Sequence record: SRR22947727_2651
Strand: one strand, 5' to 3'
Length of the DNA stretch: 37,033 nucleotides
The notes beneath the pieces were generated by a model that was given only the letters and a program-made list of their open reading frames with translations, had not been told where the DNA came from and did no database searches. Positions 27,769-37,033 of this stretch are shown in pieces. The position numbers and the translations under genes were made by a program. Positions within the stretch are counted from its first letter, which is position 1. Every line of letters begins with the position of its first letter.

Positions 27769-28944
27769 ATGTCGGTCAACGCTCCGATCACCCAAGACGT
27801 ATTGACACTGCCCCGCAAGCTGCCAGAGGGCCCGATAAATTTGATCGGACTCACCCGCGCCGCCTTGCGCGAGGCATTGATTGCGCAGGGCACGCCCGAT
27901 AAACAAGCCAAAATGCGCGCCGGGCAGATTTGGCAATGGATTTACGCCAAAGGCTGCCGTGATTTTTCGCAAATGACAAATCTGTCAAAAGACTATCGCG
28001 CCAAACTCGCCGAAACCTTCGTGCTTGAGGTGCCCGAAGTGATCACGCGGCAGGTCTCAAGCGATGGCACGCGCAAATATCTGGTGCGCATTGCTGGCGG
28101 GCATGAAGTAGAGATCGTTTATATTCCCGAAGAAGGTCGCGGCACGCTGTGCATTAGCAGCCAAGTGGGCTGCACGCTCACCTGCTCTTTCTGCCATACT
28201 GGCACGCAAAAGCTGGTGCGCAATCTATCCGCGGGAGAAATCATTGGCCAAGTCTTGGTGGCCCGCGATGATCTGGGCGAATGGCCCGAACCGGGCGAGC
28301 CACCAAACCCTGTGCGCCTACTGTCCAATATTGTACTGATGGGCATGGGCGAGCCGCTGTATAATTTTGACAATGTGCGCGATGCGATGAAGATCGCGAT
28401 GGACCCCGAGGGCATTTGCCTATCGCGGCGCCGAATCACGCTGTCAACATCCGGCGTCGTGCCAGAAATTGCCAAAACCGCTGAAGAAATCGGCTGTCTG
28501 CTGGCAGTGTCTTTTCACGCCACGACAGATGAGGTGCGCGATAAATTGGTGCCGATCAACAAAAAATGGAATATCGAAACGTTGCTCAGCGAATTGCGCG
28601 CCTATCCGAAACTGTCCAATTCAGAGCGCATCACTTTTGAATACGTGATGCTAAAGGGCGTGAATGACAGCGATGCCGATGCCCGCCGATTGCTAAGGCT
28701 GATCAAAGGTATTCCGGCGAAGATCAACCTGATCCCGTTTAACGAATGGCCCGGCGCGCCCTATCAACGCTCGGACCGCGCGCGGATCAAAGCGTTTTCG
28801 GATATTATTTTCAATGCCGGCTACGCCAGCCCGATCCGGCGCCCGCGTGGCGAGGATATTATGGCGGCCTGTGGGCAGTTGAAATCGGCCACCGAGCGGG
28901 CCCGCAAAAGCCGCAAAGAGATCGCCGCAGAAACCGGATTATGA
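27769..28944 (+). CDS. rlmN: Dual-specificity rRNA/tRNA m2A methyltransferase (radical SAM)
   Basis: [15 protein letters not shown] (CxxxCxxC), MGMGEP, ITLSTSG, NLIPFN, AACGQL. Confidence 0.96.
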   Translation: MSVNAPITQDVLTLPRKLPEGPINLIGLTRAALREALIAQGTPDKQAKMRAGQIWQWIYAKGCRDFSQMTNLSKDYRAKLAETFVLEVPEVITRQVSSDGTRKYLVRIAGGHEVEIVYIPEEGRGTLCISSQVGCTLTCSFCHTGTQKLVRNLSAGEIIGQVLVARDDLGEWPEPGEPPNPVRLLSNIVLMGMGEPLYNFDNVRDAMKIAMDPEGICLSRRRITLSTSGVVPEIAKTAEEIGCLLAVSFHATTDEVRDKLVPINKKWNIETLLSELRAYPKLSNSERITFEYVMLKGVNDSDADARRLLRLIKGIPAKINLIPFNEWPGAPYQRSDRARIKAFSDIIFNAGYASPIRRPRGEDIMAACGQLKSATERARKSRKEIAAETGL

Positions 28945-29811
28945 ATGGGTTGCGCCCTGCAAAGCCCGCTTTTCAATAAGATATTGGTATAGCGTGGTCA
29001 GAATGCTGCCACCATATAGGGTGAGGATCCAAGTTTGCAGCAAAAAAAGGATCATCGCAGGAACAACAGCGCCGATCAAAGCTGAAACCCAGAAAACTAC
29101 AGCAGAAATGCCGAAATACACCAGCACTTCAAAACCAGCTAACAGCAATATCTGGGCCTTTAACTCGCTGGTCGGTCGCCAAGCTTCGCGCAAGCGCATA
29201 TCTTTGCCAATGGCAGCGGCAGGCAAGCACAGGCTGATCCGATGCGCAAGCCAAATAAAACAAACAGATTTTATAAGCCAAACAAGCCATAAAAGGGGAT
29301 TAAGCGCTGTGATCATGGTAGGATCTTGAAGGTCCATCATCACGAGGGCTAGTAAGTCATGGAAACCCTCCGAGCCTTGCAGATTGATAAAATTGCGGAT
29401 GAAAATGAGTAAAATAAATGTCCCGGCGATAAAGATAAGCATAATTTTTTGGGCTTTGATACTGTAAGGTCAGAAGACTGAGCGATTAAAAATAGGCCCT
29501 TCACCGCCCAGCATCATAAAGCGGTGCCAATGGATCGCGATCACTGCCAGTAAGAAACAGCTAAAAATAATAAAAACCAAACTAAGGTCTAAAAAGCTGC
29601 CAAGCCCCATTCCATCAGGGGTAGTAGTTATAAAACCCGGCTGTAATAACAAAAATGAGCCAGTCAACATCCAGCTAACCAAAGGATACACCAGCGCATA
29701 AAAAGCAAAAACCGGCGCGGTCAGTCGCAAAATTACCGAATAATAACAAAATTGACGACGTAAATAATCGAAGCCCCAACCGACCAGATACACCTTTGAA
29801 CGAAAGCCCAA
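28939..29811 (-). pseudogene. Multi-pass membrane protein gene interrupted by one in-frame TGA (or a sequencing error)
   Basis: ORFs 29470-29811 and 28939-29442 are in the same frame and separated only by TGA (29470-29472) plus 9 sense codons (PYSIKAQKI). The joined product would be about 290 aa, hydrophobic, with IAIHWHRFMMLG and R.SL.LPAAAIG. Confidence 0.7.
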
Positions 29812-29858
29812 AGCCCAGCAGCGCTGCTCTCCAAAACAACTTTGGAAAGATTAGGCTT

Positions 29859-31082
29859 TTAGCCCAAACGACGCTTGCGCGCGGCAAGTAGCTTCAAGCG
29901 CAGCGCATTCAACTGAATAAACCCGGCCGCATCGCTTTGATCATAGGCACCGGCATCCTCTTCAAAGGTCACATGCGCCTCAGAATAAAGCGAGTGTTCT
30001 GACCAACGGCCAACCGTGCGCACCGAGCCTTTGTAAAGCTTTAGACGCACCGTTCCAGTGACATGTTCTTGGCTTTTATCAATCAAAGCCTGCAGCATTT
30101 CACGCTCGGGGCTGTACCAAAACCCGTTATAAATCAGCTCGGCATATTTGGGCATCAGCTCATCTTTTAAATGCGCCGCACCGCGATCCAGGGTGATCTG
30201 CTCAATGCCGCGATGCGCTTCCAGCAAAATTGTACCGCCCGGGGTTTCGTAAATGCCGCGCGATTTCATGCCAACAAAGCGCCCTTCGACCAGATCCAAC
30301 CGGCCAATGCCATGCGCGCCGCCCAGCGCATTCAACTGAGTGAGCAGCTGCGCTGGCGAGAGCGTTTCGCCATTAATCGACACTGCATCGCCCCCCTCAA
30401 AGCCGATTTCAACAAATTCGGGTTTATCGGGCGCATCTTCAGGATTGACCGTCCGCTGATACACGTAATCCGGGGCATCCAAGGCGGGATCTTCCAAAAC
30501 CTTGCCCTCCGATGAGGTGTGCAGCAGGTTGGCATCCACGCTAAAGGGCGCCTCACCGCGCTTGTCTTTAGCGATGGGGATTTGGTTCTCTTCGGCAAAG
30601 GCGATCAATTTTGTGCGGCTTGATAAATCCCATTCCCGCCAGGGCGCGATCACTTTGATATCAGGGTTCAGCGCATAGGCTGCCAATTCAAAGCGCACCT
30701 GATCATTGCCCTTGCCGGTTGCGCCATGCGACACCGCATCGGCGCCCGTGGCTGCGGCAATTTCAACCAAGCGTTTGGAAATCAGCGGGCGCGCAATGGA
30801 CGTGCCCAGCAAATACAGCCCCTCATACAGCGCATTGGCGCGAAACATCGGAAACACGAAATCGCGTACGAATTCCTCGCGCAGATCCTCGATAAAAATA
30901 TTTTCCGGAGCGATCCCCAAAAGCTCGGCCTTTTTGCGCGCCGGATCCAACTCTTCACCTTGCCCCAAATCAGCCGTGAACGTCACCACTTCGCAGCCAT
31001 ATTCGGCCTGCAACCATTTCAAAATGATCGAGGTATCGAGGCCACCGGAATAGGCCAATACAACTTTTTTGGGCGCACTCAT
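29859..31082 (-). CDS. argG: Argininosuccinate synthase
   Basis: Start placed at [18 protein letters not shown] (31082); [26 protein letters not shown]. Confidence 0.97.
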   Translation of the reverse strand: MSAPKKVVLAYSGGLDTSIILKWLQAEYGCEVVTFTADLGQGEELDPARKKAELLGIAPENIFIEDLREEFVRDFVFPMFRANALYEGLYLLGTSIARPLISKRLVEIAAATGADAVSHGATGKGNDQVRFELAAYALNPDIKVIAPWREWDLSSRTKLIAFAEENQIPIAKDKRGEAPFSVDANLLHTSSEGKVLEDPALDAPDYVYQRTVNPEDAPDKPEFVEIGFEGGDAVSINGETLSPAQLLTQLNALGGAHGIGRLDLVEGRFVGMKSRGIYETPGGTILLEAHRGIEQITLDRGAAHLKDELMPKYAELIYNGFWYSPEREMLQALIDKSQEHVTGTVRLKLYKGSVRTVGRWSEHSLYSEAHVTFEEDAGAYDQSDAAGFIQLNALRLKLLAARKRRLG

Positions 31083-31187
31083 AGCATAGTCCTTTGCGGT
31101 TTTGATCGGGGCGATATCGGGTTTTGACGAAAGGAGCAAGAGAGCCTTGGGCTTGCGCATACGCAAAATCTGCCGCAAGACTAACAA

Positions 31188-32414
31188 ATGACCGATTTTC
31201 AATCTCTTGCCCGCGCCGCCGAAGGCGAAATGCGCCACGTGTTTGCCGAAACACCGCTGCAAAAAAACGAACATCTCTCAGCTATATTTGACGCCGATAT
31301 TTGGCTGAAACGCGAAGACCTTTCTCCGGTGCGCTCTTACAAGCTGCGCGGCGCGTTCAATGCGATGCGCAAACGCCCAGACCAACGCAATTTCGTTTGC
31401 GCCAGCGCGGGAAATCATGCGCAGGGCGTGGCCTATATGTGCCGGCATTTTGATGTGACCGGCACGATTTTCATGCCCGTCACAACACCGCAGCAAAAAA
31501 TCCAGAAAACAAAGATATTTGGCGGCGAAAACGTGTCAATTCAATTGGTGGGCGATTATTTTGACGATTGTTTGAACGCCGCGCAAAATTTCTGTCAAGA
31601 GCAAGGCGCGCATTTTCTATCACCCTTTGATGATGCCGATGTGATCGAGGGGCAAGCCTCTGTGGCCGTAGAAATCGAACGGCAATTGGGCAGCACCCCG
31701 GATCATATTATCCTGCCTGTGGGCGGGGGCGGCTTATCCTCGGGGATGCTCAGCTATTTTGGTACCTCAAGCCAGTTTACTTTGGTCGAGCCTTTAGGTG
31801 GAGCCTGCCTTTGGGCCGCTTTGATCGCGGGCAAACCAGTCAAGCTAGACAAGGTGGATACGTTTGCCGATGGCGCTGCGGTGGGCCAAATCGGCCAGCG
31901 CACGTTTGAGTGCTTAAAAAGTATCGGTTTGGCCAATGTGCTGCGGATTCCCGAAGATCGGATCTGTATCACCATGCTTGAAATGCTGAATATCGAAGGC
32001 ATTGTATTAGAACCAGCCGGCGCGTTGGCCATCGATGCACTGCAAGATCTCGGTCAAATGATCCGTGGTCGCAAAGTGGTTTGCGTCTCTTCGGGAGGTA
32101 ATTTTGATTTTGAACGACTGCCAGAGGTGAAAGAGCGCGCGCAGCGCTTTGCAGGCGTTAAAAAATACTTGATTCTAAGAATGCCGCAGCGCCCCGGTGC
32201 GTTGAAGGAGTTTTTGAATTTACTAGGCCCAGATGATGATATCACACGTTTTGAATATTTGAAAAAATCTGCGCGAAATTTTGGATCAATCTTGATCGGA
32301 TTGGAAACCAAAAACACCGATGGTTTTGAAGCTTTTTTTGCCAGCCTCGAGGCCGCCGGCTATACATATTCTGACATAACAAATGATGAAACACTGGCTC
32401 AATTTGTAATTTAA
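31188..32414 (+). CDS. ilvA: Threonine dehydratase, biosynthetic, short form
   Basis: [16 protein letters not shown] (PLP Lys), [21 protein letters not shown] and one regulatory domain [10 protein letters not shown]. Confidence 0.93.
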   Translation: MTDFQSLARAAEGEMRHVFAETPLQKNEHLSAIFDADIWLKREDLSPVRSYKLRGAFNAMRKRPDQRNFVCASAGNHAQGVAYMCRHFDVTGTIFMPVTTPQQKIQKTKIFGGENVSIQLVGDYFDDCLNAAQNFCQEQGAHFLSPFDDADVIEGQASVAVEIERQLGSTPDHIILPVGGGGLSSGMLSYFGTSSQFTLVEPLGGACLWAALIAGKPVKLDKVDTFADGAAVGQIGQRTFECLKSIGLANVLRIPEDRICITMLEMLNIEGIVLEPAGALAIDALQDLGQMIRGRKVVCVSSGGNFDFERLPEVKERAQRFAGVKKYLILRMPQRPGALKEFLNLLGPDDDITRFEYLKKSARNFGSILIGLETKNTDGFEAFFASLEAAGYTYSDITNDETLAQFVI

Positions 32415-32422
32415 ACTTGAAC

Positions 32423-32752
32423 CTACAATGTCATATTCTGAAAATAGACCGCCTTGGCCCTTTCATAAGAGCGCCGCAATCGTTCGAAATAGGGCCGAAT
32501 TTTTTCGACAGATAAGCCCGTTTCCATCGTAAAGAAATCAGGCTCACATAATCGAGCCAGTTCAAAAAAGCCCAAATTCAACGCACTACCACGAATGAAA
32601 TGTAATAGATCGCGGATCTCATCCGGCTCTGTAAGGTCAAGAGATCCCGGTAAACTGCTGTCAATTTCTTCAAAAAACAACGCCACCACATCGGCAAAGT
32701 CTTTGTGCCCCACCTCTCGGCGCAGGTCTTCGATACGCTCCCAATCTATCAT
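32423..32752 (-). CDS. Stand-alone histidine phosphotransfer (Hpt) protein
   Basis: MIDWERIEDLRREVG..DF..VV.LF.EE and Hpt motif LHFIRGSALNLG; RBS GGAG. Confidence 0.85.
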   Translation of the reverse strand: MIDWERIEDLRREVGHKDFADVVALFFEEIDSSLPGSLDLTEPDEIRDLLHFIRGSALNLGFFELARLCEPDFFTMETGLSVEKIRPYFERLRRSYERAKAVYFQNMTL

Positions 32753-32898
32753 GAATTCACTCCCGTCCCGGCGTTATGGTTCAGCAAAACATTGAATCAG
32801 AGATGAATATCTAAAATTTTAAAATGCTTAATTTTAGGTTTTTACAGCCGGTTAAGTGCTGGGGTTTTACAACCCGCCCAACACAAGGGACGCTTGCA

Positions 32899-34197
32899 AT
32901 GTATCAGCCATATCCAAAGCTTGAAACCAGCAAACCGCCACCCGTTTTGCGCGCGATCAAAACCGTGCTGATCGTTGATGACAGCGCTGTGCAAAGGCGC
33001 ATCGTTGCAGGTTTTCTAACCAGCTGGGGACTTCACAGCCTGCAAGCCAGCAACGCCAAGGCGGCAATTAGCTTATTTAAAAAACACCGTCCCAATATCA
33101 TTCTAAGCGATTGGATGATGCCAGAAATGAACGGCCTCGATTTGTGTTACACGCTGCGCCAAATCACCCCAGACCGATATATTTATTTTATTTTGCTTAC
33201 CTCGCGCTCCACCAAAGCCGAGATGCTGTACGCCTTTCAACATGGCGCTGATGATTTTCTTAGTAAGCCGATTGCGGCGATCGAACTTCACGCCCGCGTC
33301 ACGGCAGCGGCCCGGCTTCTTGACACGCAGCGGAAGTTGAAAGTCAAAAACCGACAGGTAAAAGCGGCGCTGCGCAAATCCCAAGCTTTAAATAACGCCA
33401 TGGATAAAGATCTGATCGCCGCGCAGCAGCTTCAAACCGCGCTTATCCATAACAGGCATCGCAGCTTTGGTCGGTTTGACTTCACAGCCCTGGTGGAAAA
33501 TGCAGGCCGTGTTGGAGGGGATTTGGCAGGGTTTTTTGCCATAGGGGCAACGCATATAGGGTTTTATAATGCCGATGTTTCGGGGCATGATATCAGCGCA
33601 GCAATGCTGACAGTGCGCATTGCAGGTTTTTTTTCAGCTGAAGCTTTCGGCCAAAATATCGCGGTAAAACGCCTTGAAACAGGGCAAATCTGCCCGCGCC
33701 AACCGCATGATATTTTACAAGGCATAAATCAAATCATGCTCAAAGATCTTACGACCGATCATTACCTGACCATGATATCGGGACTGCTGGATTTAACCTC
33801 CGGGCGCCTTTGTTTTGCCCAAGCTGGTCACCCTTATCCAATTTTACACGCAAAAGAGGGCACGTTTCACCATATTGGCCGTGACAGCCTGCCAATCGGC
33901 ATTTCGCAAACGGCACGCTTTCAAGATAATCACTTGCAGCTGGCTTTGGGCGAGCGCCTGATCCTTTATTCGGACGGGTTTAGCGATGGTGCCTATGGCC
34001 AAAATACCGCGCGTGGAAAAGAAGGGTTACAGCCGCTCTTTGCCCGCGTTCAACATCTGCATGGGCCCGCTCTCACCCATAGTATTTTAAAAAATATACA
34101 CGCCGCCTGCGATCAAACACCGCTGGTAGATGACCTGTCGGCGTTGATCATCACGCATCGCGCCGCAGGCGCATCTGGGCCTGAAACATCTGCGTAA
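32899..34197 (+). CDS. Response regulator fused to a PP2C/SpoIIE phosphatase (RsbU/RbaY-like)
   Basis: REC motifs VLIVDD, SDWMMPEMNG, LLT and SKP; coiled linker; PP2C motifs GGD, DVSGH, AGHP, YSDG and DDLS. Start is 32899 (after AAGGGA) or 32824. Confidence 0.87.
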   Translation: MYQPYPKLETSKPPPVLRAIKTVLIVDDSAVQRRIVAGFLTSWGLHSLQASNAKAAISLFKKHRPNIILSDWMMPEMNGLDLCYTLRQITPDRYIYFILLTSRSTKAEMLYAFQHGADDFLSKPIAAIELHARVTAAARLLDTQRKLKVKNRQVKAALRKSQALNNAMDKDLIAAQQLQTALIHNRHRSFGRFDFTALVENAGRVGGDLAGFFAIGATHIGFYNADVSGHDISAAMLTVRIAGFFSAEAFGQNIAVKRLETGQICPRQPHDILQGINQIMLKDLTTDHYLTMISGLLDLTSGRLCFAQAGHPYPILHAKEGTFHHIGRDSLPIGISQTARFQDNHLQLALGERLILYSDGFSDGAYGQNTARGKEGLQPLFARVQHLHGPALTHSILKNIHAACDQTPLVDDLSALIITHRAAGASGPETSA

Positions 34198-34612
34198 AAG
34201 CCCGATCTCCGGGATTCGCCAAAAGCTCAAACGCCTCTTCGATTGGTATTAAGTGATCCTCATGGCCAGCCTCGGTTGGATCGCCAAGGCGCAACACAGG
34301 ATCTGCGCGATAAACCAAACATAGTTTTTCAGCCCAGAGGTCATATTCAGGCATAAAAACGAACCGTCGAAAGGCGCCAATGTGGCGCGGCCGGGCGATT
34401 TTCCAACCGGTTTCTTCCATCACTTCACGGTGCAGCGCGGTGATCGGATGCTCACCTGAGTCAATACCGCCGCCCGGCAATTGAAATTCGGGCTCAGGCT
34501 CTGCCTGATGGGTCAGTAAAAGCGCATCGCCATAAGGCAAAATCGCATAAACTCCACGCCGGATCTGATAGCGGCGGTCCATTTGCGGGGTTTCTCCATA
34601 GCGTCTTATCAT
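34151..34612 (-). CDS. Nudix hydrolase
   Basis: Start placed at MIRRYGE (34612) after AAGGAG; Nudix box GGGIDSGE...ALHREVMEETG. Confidence 0.87.
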   Translation of the reverse strand: MIRRYGETPQMDRRYQIRRGVYAILPYGDALLLTHQAEPEPEFQLPGGGIDSGEHPITALHREVMEETGWKIARPRHIGAFRRFVFMPEYDLWAEKLCLVYRADPVLRLGDPTEAGHEDHLIPIEEAFELLANPGDRAFTQMFQAQMRLRRDA

Positions 34613-34699
34613 TCCAAGCTCCTTTTGATCCAAACCCTCGGCTGCTTGCCCAGTCTTACGAGACAGGATATGGCTCCGCAAGAAAGATAAGGAATGCCT

Positions 34700-35701
34700 A
34701 TGAAAAGTGGATCGCAAATTGCGTGGGACGACACTGTCCTACCCTTTCAACTTGATGCCTGTGACATGCGGGGCCGGATAGCGCGCCTTGATGGCGTTTT
34801 GGATGGCGTCCTACAGCAACATAATTATCCGCCCGTGGTCGAGGCATTGGTGTCTGAAATGGCGCTGCTGACAGCTTTAATCGGGGAAAGTATAAAGTTG
34901 CGCTGGAAGCTTTCATTGCAAGTGCAATCCAAAGGCGCTGTGCGCATGATCGCTACCGATTATTACGGCCCCGAAACCGAAGGCGCGCCAGCGCGGATGC
35001 GCGCCTATGCCAGCTTTGATGAAGCGCGGCTGACCGACGGACCAATTTTCGACCAAATTGGCGAAGGTTATTTTGCGATTTTGATCGATCAAGGCGCAGA
35101 TATGGCGCCGTATCAAGGCATAACCCCGCTGGTGGGTGGCTCTCTTTCCGCCTGTGCAGAGGCCTATTTTGCGCAATCAGAACAGCTGCCAACCACGTTT
35201 AAGCTCTGCTATGGAAAATCGCGGGCCCCCGATCAGCCCGCGCAGTGGCGCGCAGGGGGTATTATGCTACAACATATGCCCAAATCCAGCCTTGAGCCTG
35301 CGATGGACGAGGGCGGATCGGGCGATGGCGGTGTGTTAATGGCCAATGATATTATAGATGCCGATGACAGCGATAACTGGAACCGCATGAACATTTTGTT
35401 AAACACCGTCGAAGAGCTGGAAATGATTGGGCCAGTGATCCAACCCTCGCAATTGCTGCTGCGGTTGTTTCATGAAGATCAGCCAAGAGTGTTCGACGCC
35501 CAAGCCGTGCGCTTTGGATGCACGTGCTCGCAAGAGCGGGTGCGCCAATCCCTATCGATTTATTCGGCAAAAGATATTGCCAGCATGACCAGAGAAGACG
35601 GTCTGGTAACCGCAGATTGTCAATTTTGCGGCGCACATTATCAGTTGGACCCAACCAGCGTAGGGTTTCAGGCGGAGCCCGATGACAGTGCCCCCGCATG
35701 A
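34700..35701 (+). CDS. hslO: Redox-regulated chaperone Hsp33
   Basis: D.VLPFQLD..D.RGR..RL, YQGITPL, YFAQSEQLPT and zinc motif CTC...CQFC. RBS AAGGA spacing favours ATG 34700 over 34694. Confidence 0.93.
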   Translation: MKSGSQIAWDDTVLPFQLDACDMRGRIARLDGVLDGVLQQHNYPPVVEALVSEMALLTALIGESIKLRWKLSLQVQSKGAVRMIATDYYGPETEGAPARMRAYASFDEARLTDGPIFDQIGEGYFAILIDQGADMAPYQGITPLVGGSLSACAEAYFAQSEQLPTTFKLCYGKSRAPDQPAQWRAGGIMLQHMPKSSLEPAMDEGGSGDGGVLMANDIIDADDSDNWNRMNILLNTVEELEMIGPVIQPSQLLLRLFHEDQPRVFDAQAVRFGCTCSQERVRQSLSIYSAKDIASMTREDGLVTADCQFCGAHYQLDPTSVGFQAEPDDSAPA

Positions 35702-36287
35702 GCTGCGCGCGCGCTTACTGACAGCAACAGAGCGTTCGCTGGCCGCCTCTTCGGATTTTGATCTGAACCCCGTATCAAAGGAAAAGCGCACCGCATCCCT
35801 GCGCGACGCGGCCGTGTTGATTGGTGTGTATAGCAGCGTTGATGGGCCCTGTGTCTTGCTGACCCGCCGCGCCGCGCATTTAAAGCATCACCCGAATCAA
35901 GTTGCTTTCCCCGGTGGTAAAGTCGAAGCAAAAGATGCCCATATTCACGCCGCCGCGCTGCGCGAAGCCCAAGAAGAGGTTGGGCTCAATCCTCAAAATA
36001 TCGAGGTATTGGGCAGCTTGGCGCCACATGAAACGGTCACCGGCTTTTCCGTCACGCCCGTAATCGGGCTTATTTCCAGCCCGTTTACGCCGCAGATCGA
36101 TCCCTGCGAAGTGGCCGAGGCCTTTTGGGTCCCGCTGGCGCATCTGACGCAGGTGGAAAACTTTTCGATCCATCAGCGGCGCTGGAAATCGCAAACGCGA
36201 AAATACTATGCTATTCCGTTCGGTCCGTATTATATATGGGGTGCAACGGCGCGTATTCTTCGGGGGTTGGCAGACCGATTGGTATGA
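35682..36287 (+). CDS. CoA pyrophosphatase (Nudix, NudL/PCD1 family)
   Basis: LLTRRAAHLKHHPNQVAFPGG, ALREAQEEVGL, IWGATA. Confidence 0.88.
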   Translation: MTVPPHELRARLLTATERSLAASSDFDLNPVSKEKRTASLRDAAVLIGVYSSVDGPCVLLTRRAAHLKHHPNQVAFPGGKVEAKDAHIHAAALREAQEEVGLNPQNIEVLGSLAPHETVTGFSVTPVIGLISSPFTPQIDPCEVAEAFWVPLAHLTQVENFSIHQRRWKSQTRKYYAIPFGPYYIWGATARILRGLADRLV

Positions 36288-37033
36288 ATATCATTCAGGC
36301 AGACTGGCTCAAAAAGCCTGGTGTGGAAAAAATTACACGGCTGTTAAGCGACGCTGGGTTCGAGATTTATTTTGTCGGTGGCTGCGTGCGCAACAGCCTG
36401 CTCAACAGGCCCGTCGACGATATTGATCTGGCCAGCAACGCCCGGCCCGATCAAATTCAAAATTTGGCGCGCGCCGCCAAGCTAAAAACCATTCCAACCG
36501 GCATTGAACATGGCACCATCACGGTGATCAGCGAGGGTACGCCCTATGAAATCACCACGTTTCGCCAAGATATTGAAACCGACGGCCGCCGCGCCACAAT
36601 TCAATATGCCGATAGCCTTAAAAGCGATGCAACGCGGCGTGATTTTACGATGAATGCGCTTTACGCCGATGCAAGCGGCAAGATCTACGATCCGCTGAAT
36701 GGTCTTGCTGATCTGAAAGCGGGGCATCTGCGCTTTATCGAGAATGCCGAGCGGCGGATTACCGAAGATTACCTGCGTATTTTACGGTTCTTTAGGTTCT
36801 CGGCCTGGTATGCCGATCCAGATTTGGGCTTCGATCCTGATGCTCTGGCCGCGATCGCAACCCAAGGCGATGGCTTATTGGGGCTTTCTAAAGAACGCAT
36901 AACCAAAGAACTGTTAAAATTGTTGGCTGCCCCAAGCCCCGCCCCCGCGGTGGCCGCGATGCGCATCACCGGAGTGCTGCAGCATGTTTTGCCCGGATCT
37001 GATGATAAAGCCCTTGCACCATTGGTTTACTTT
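36284..37033 (+). CDS. cca: CCA tRNA nucleotidyltransferase, 3' end outside the window
   Basis: Hand translation from ATG 36284 (ATGA overlap): MNIIQADWL...YFVGGCVRNSLL...DDIDLA...GIEHGTITV...EITTFRQD...DATRRDFTMNALY...RITEDYLRILRFFRF; open to the window end. Confidence 0.92.
   Translation, partial: MNIIQADWLKKPGVEKITRLLSDAGFEIYFVGGCVRNSLLNRPVDDIDLASNARPDQIQNLARAAKLKTIPTGIEHGTITVISEGTPYEITTFRQDIETDGRRATIQYADSLKSDATRRDFTMNALYADASGKIYDPLNGLADLKAGHLRFIENAERRITEDYLRILRFFRFSAWYADPDLGFDPDALAAIATQGDGLLGLSKERITKELLKLLAAPSPAPAVAAMRITGVLQHVLPGSDDKALAPLVYF

Noticed and set aside
29470..29472. TGA as a selenocysteine codon
   Set aside because: This is not a redox-enzyme context, I saw no convincing SECIS-like hairpin after the codon, and Trp is the more plausible ancestral residue.
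31083..31274. N-terminal extension of ArgG, and similar extensions on spuC, potF, glpK, tyrB, msrB and the Nudix gene
   Set aside because: These are longest-ORF artefacts; conserved N-termini and RBS positions support the downstream ATGs.
34645..34671. RpoH promoter for hslO (CTTGCC-N14-AGGATAT)
   Set aside because: It is biologically plausible, but the -10 match is too weak to call from sequence alone.
77..36969. Numerous antisense and alternate-frame ORFs of 60-180 aa
   Set aside because: They are shadows of well-supported genes and have no recognisable motifs.

Overview
Gene-dense core chromosome of a marine Rhodobacteraceae (Roseobacter-group-like) alphaproteobacterium; the taxon is inferred from protein sequences and gene order. 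Left to right: the end of an ectoine catabolism operon (doeB, doeD) plus a DMT transporter; a two-gene secreted-protein cassette (peptidase-S74/tail-fibre-chaperone-like protein and a DUF1194 vWA protein); a polyamine uptake and catabolism cluster (spuC-like transaminase, GntR/FCD regulator, potFGHI, PuuB-like oxidase) with a shared TGATCA-centred operator candidate; a DMT; msrBA; serB/serC/serA with a probable serC leader RNA; a metallophosphatase; trhO; glpK; tyrB/aspC; sseA; smpB; an orphan class III aminotransferase; rluE with a class 3 asparaginase; an AT-rich ialB-family gene; rlmN; a membrane-protein gene split by one in-frame TGA; argG; ilvA; a divergent Hpt and REC-PP2C pair; a Nudix gene; hslO; a CoA pyrophosphatase; and a truncated cca. 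I saw no mobile elements, CRISPR, rRNA or tRNA. The best novelty candidates are the secreted, catalytically altered S74-like protein with its vWA partner, the gene-precise AT-rich ialB cassette, the TGA-interrupted membrane gene and the polyamine operator motif. All family calls come from motif recognition by eye, not database searches.
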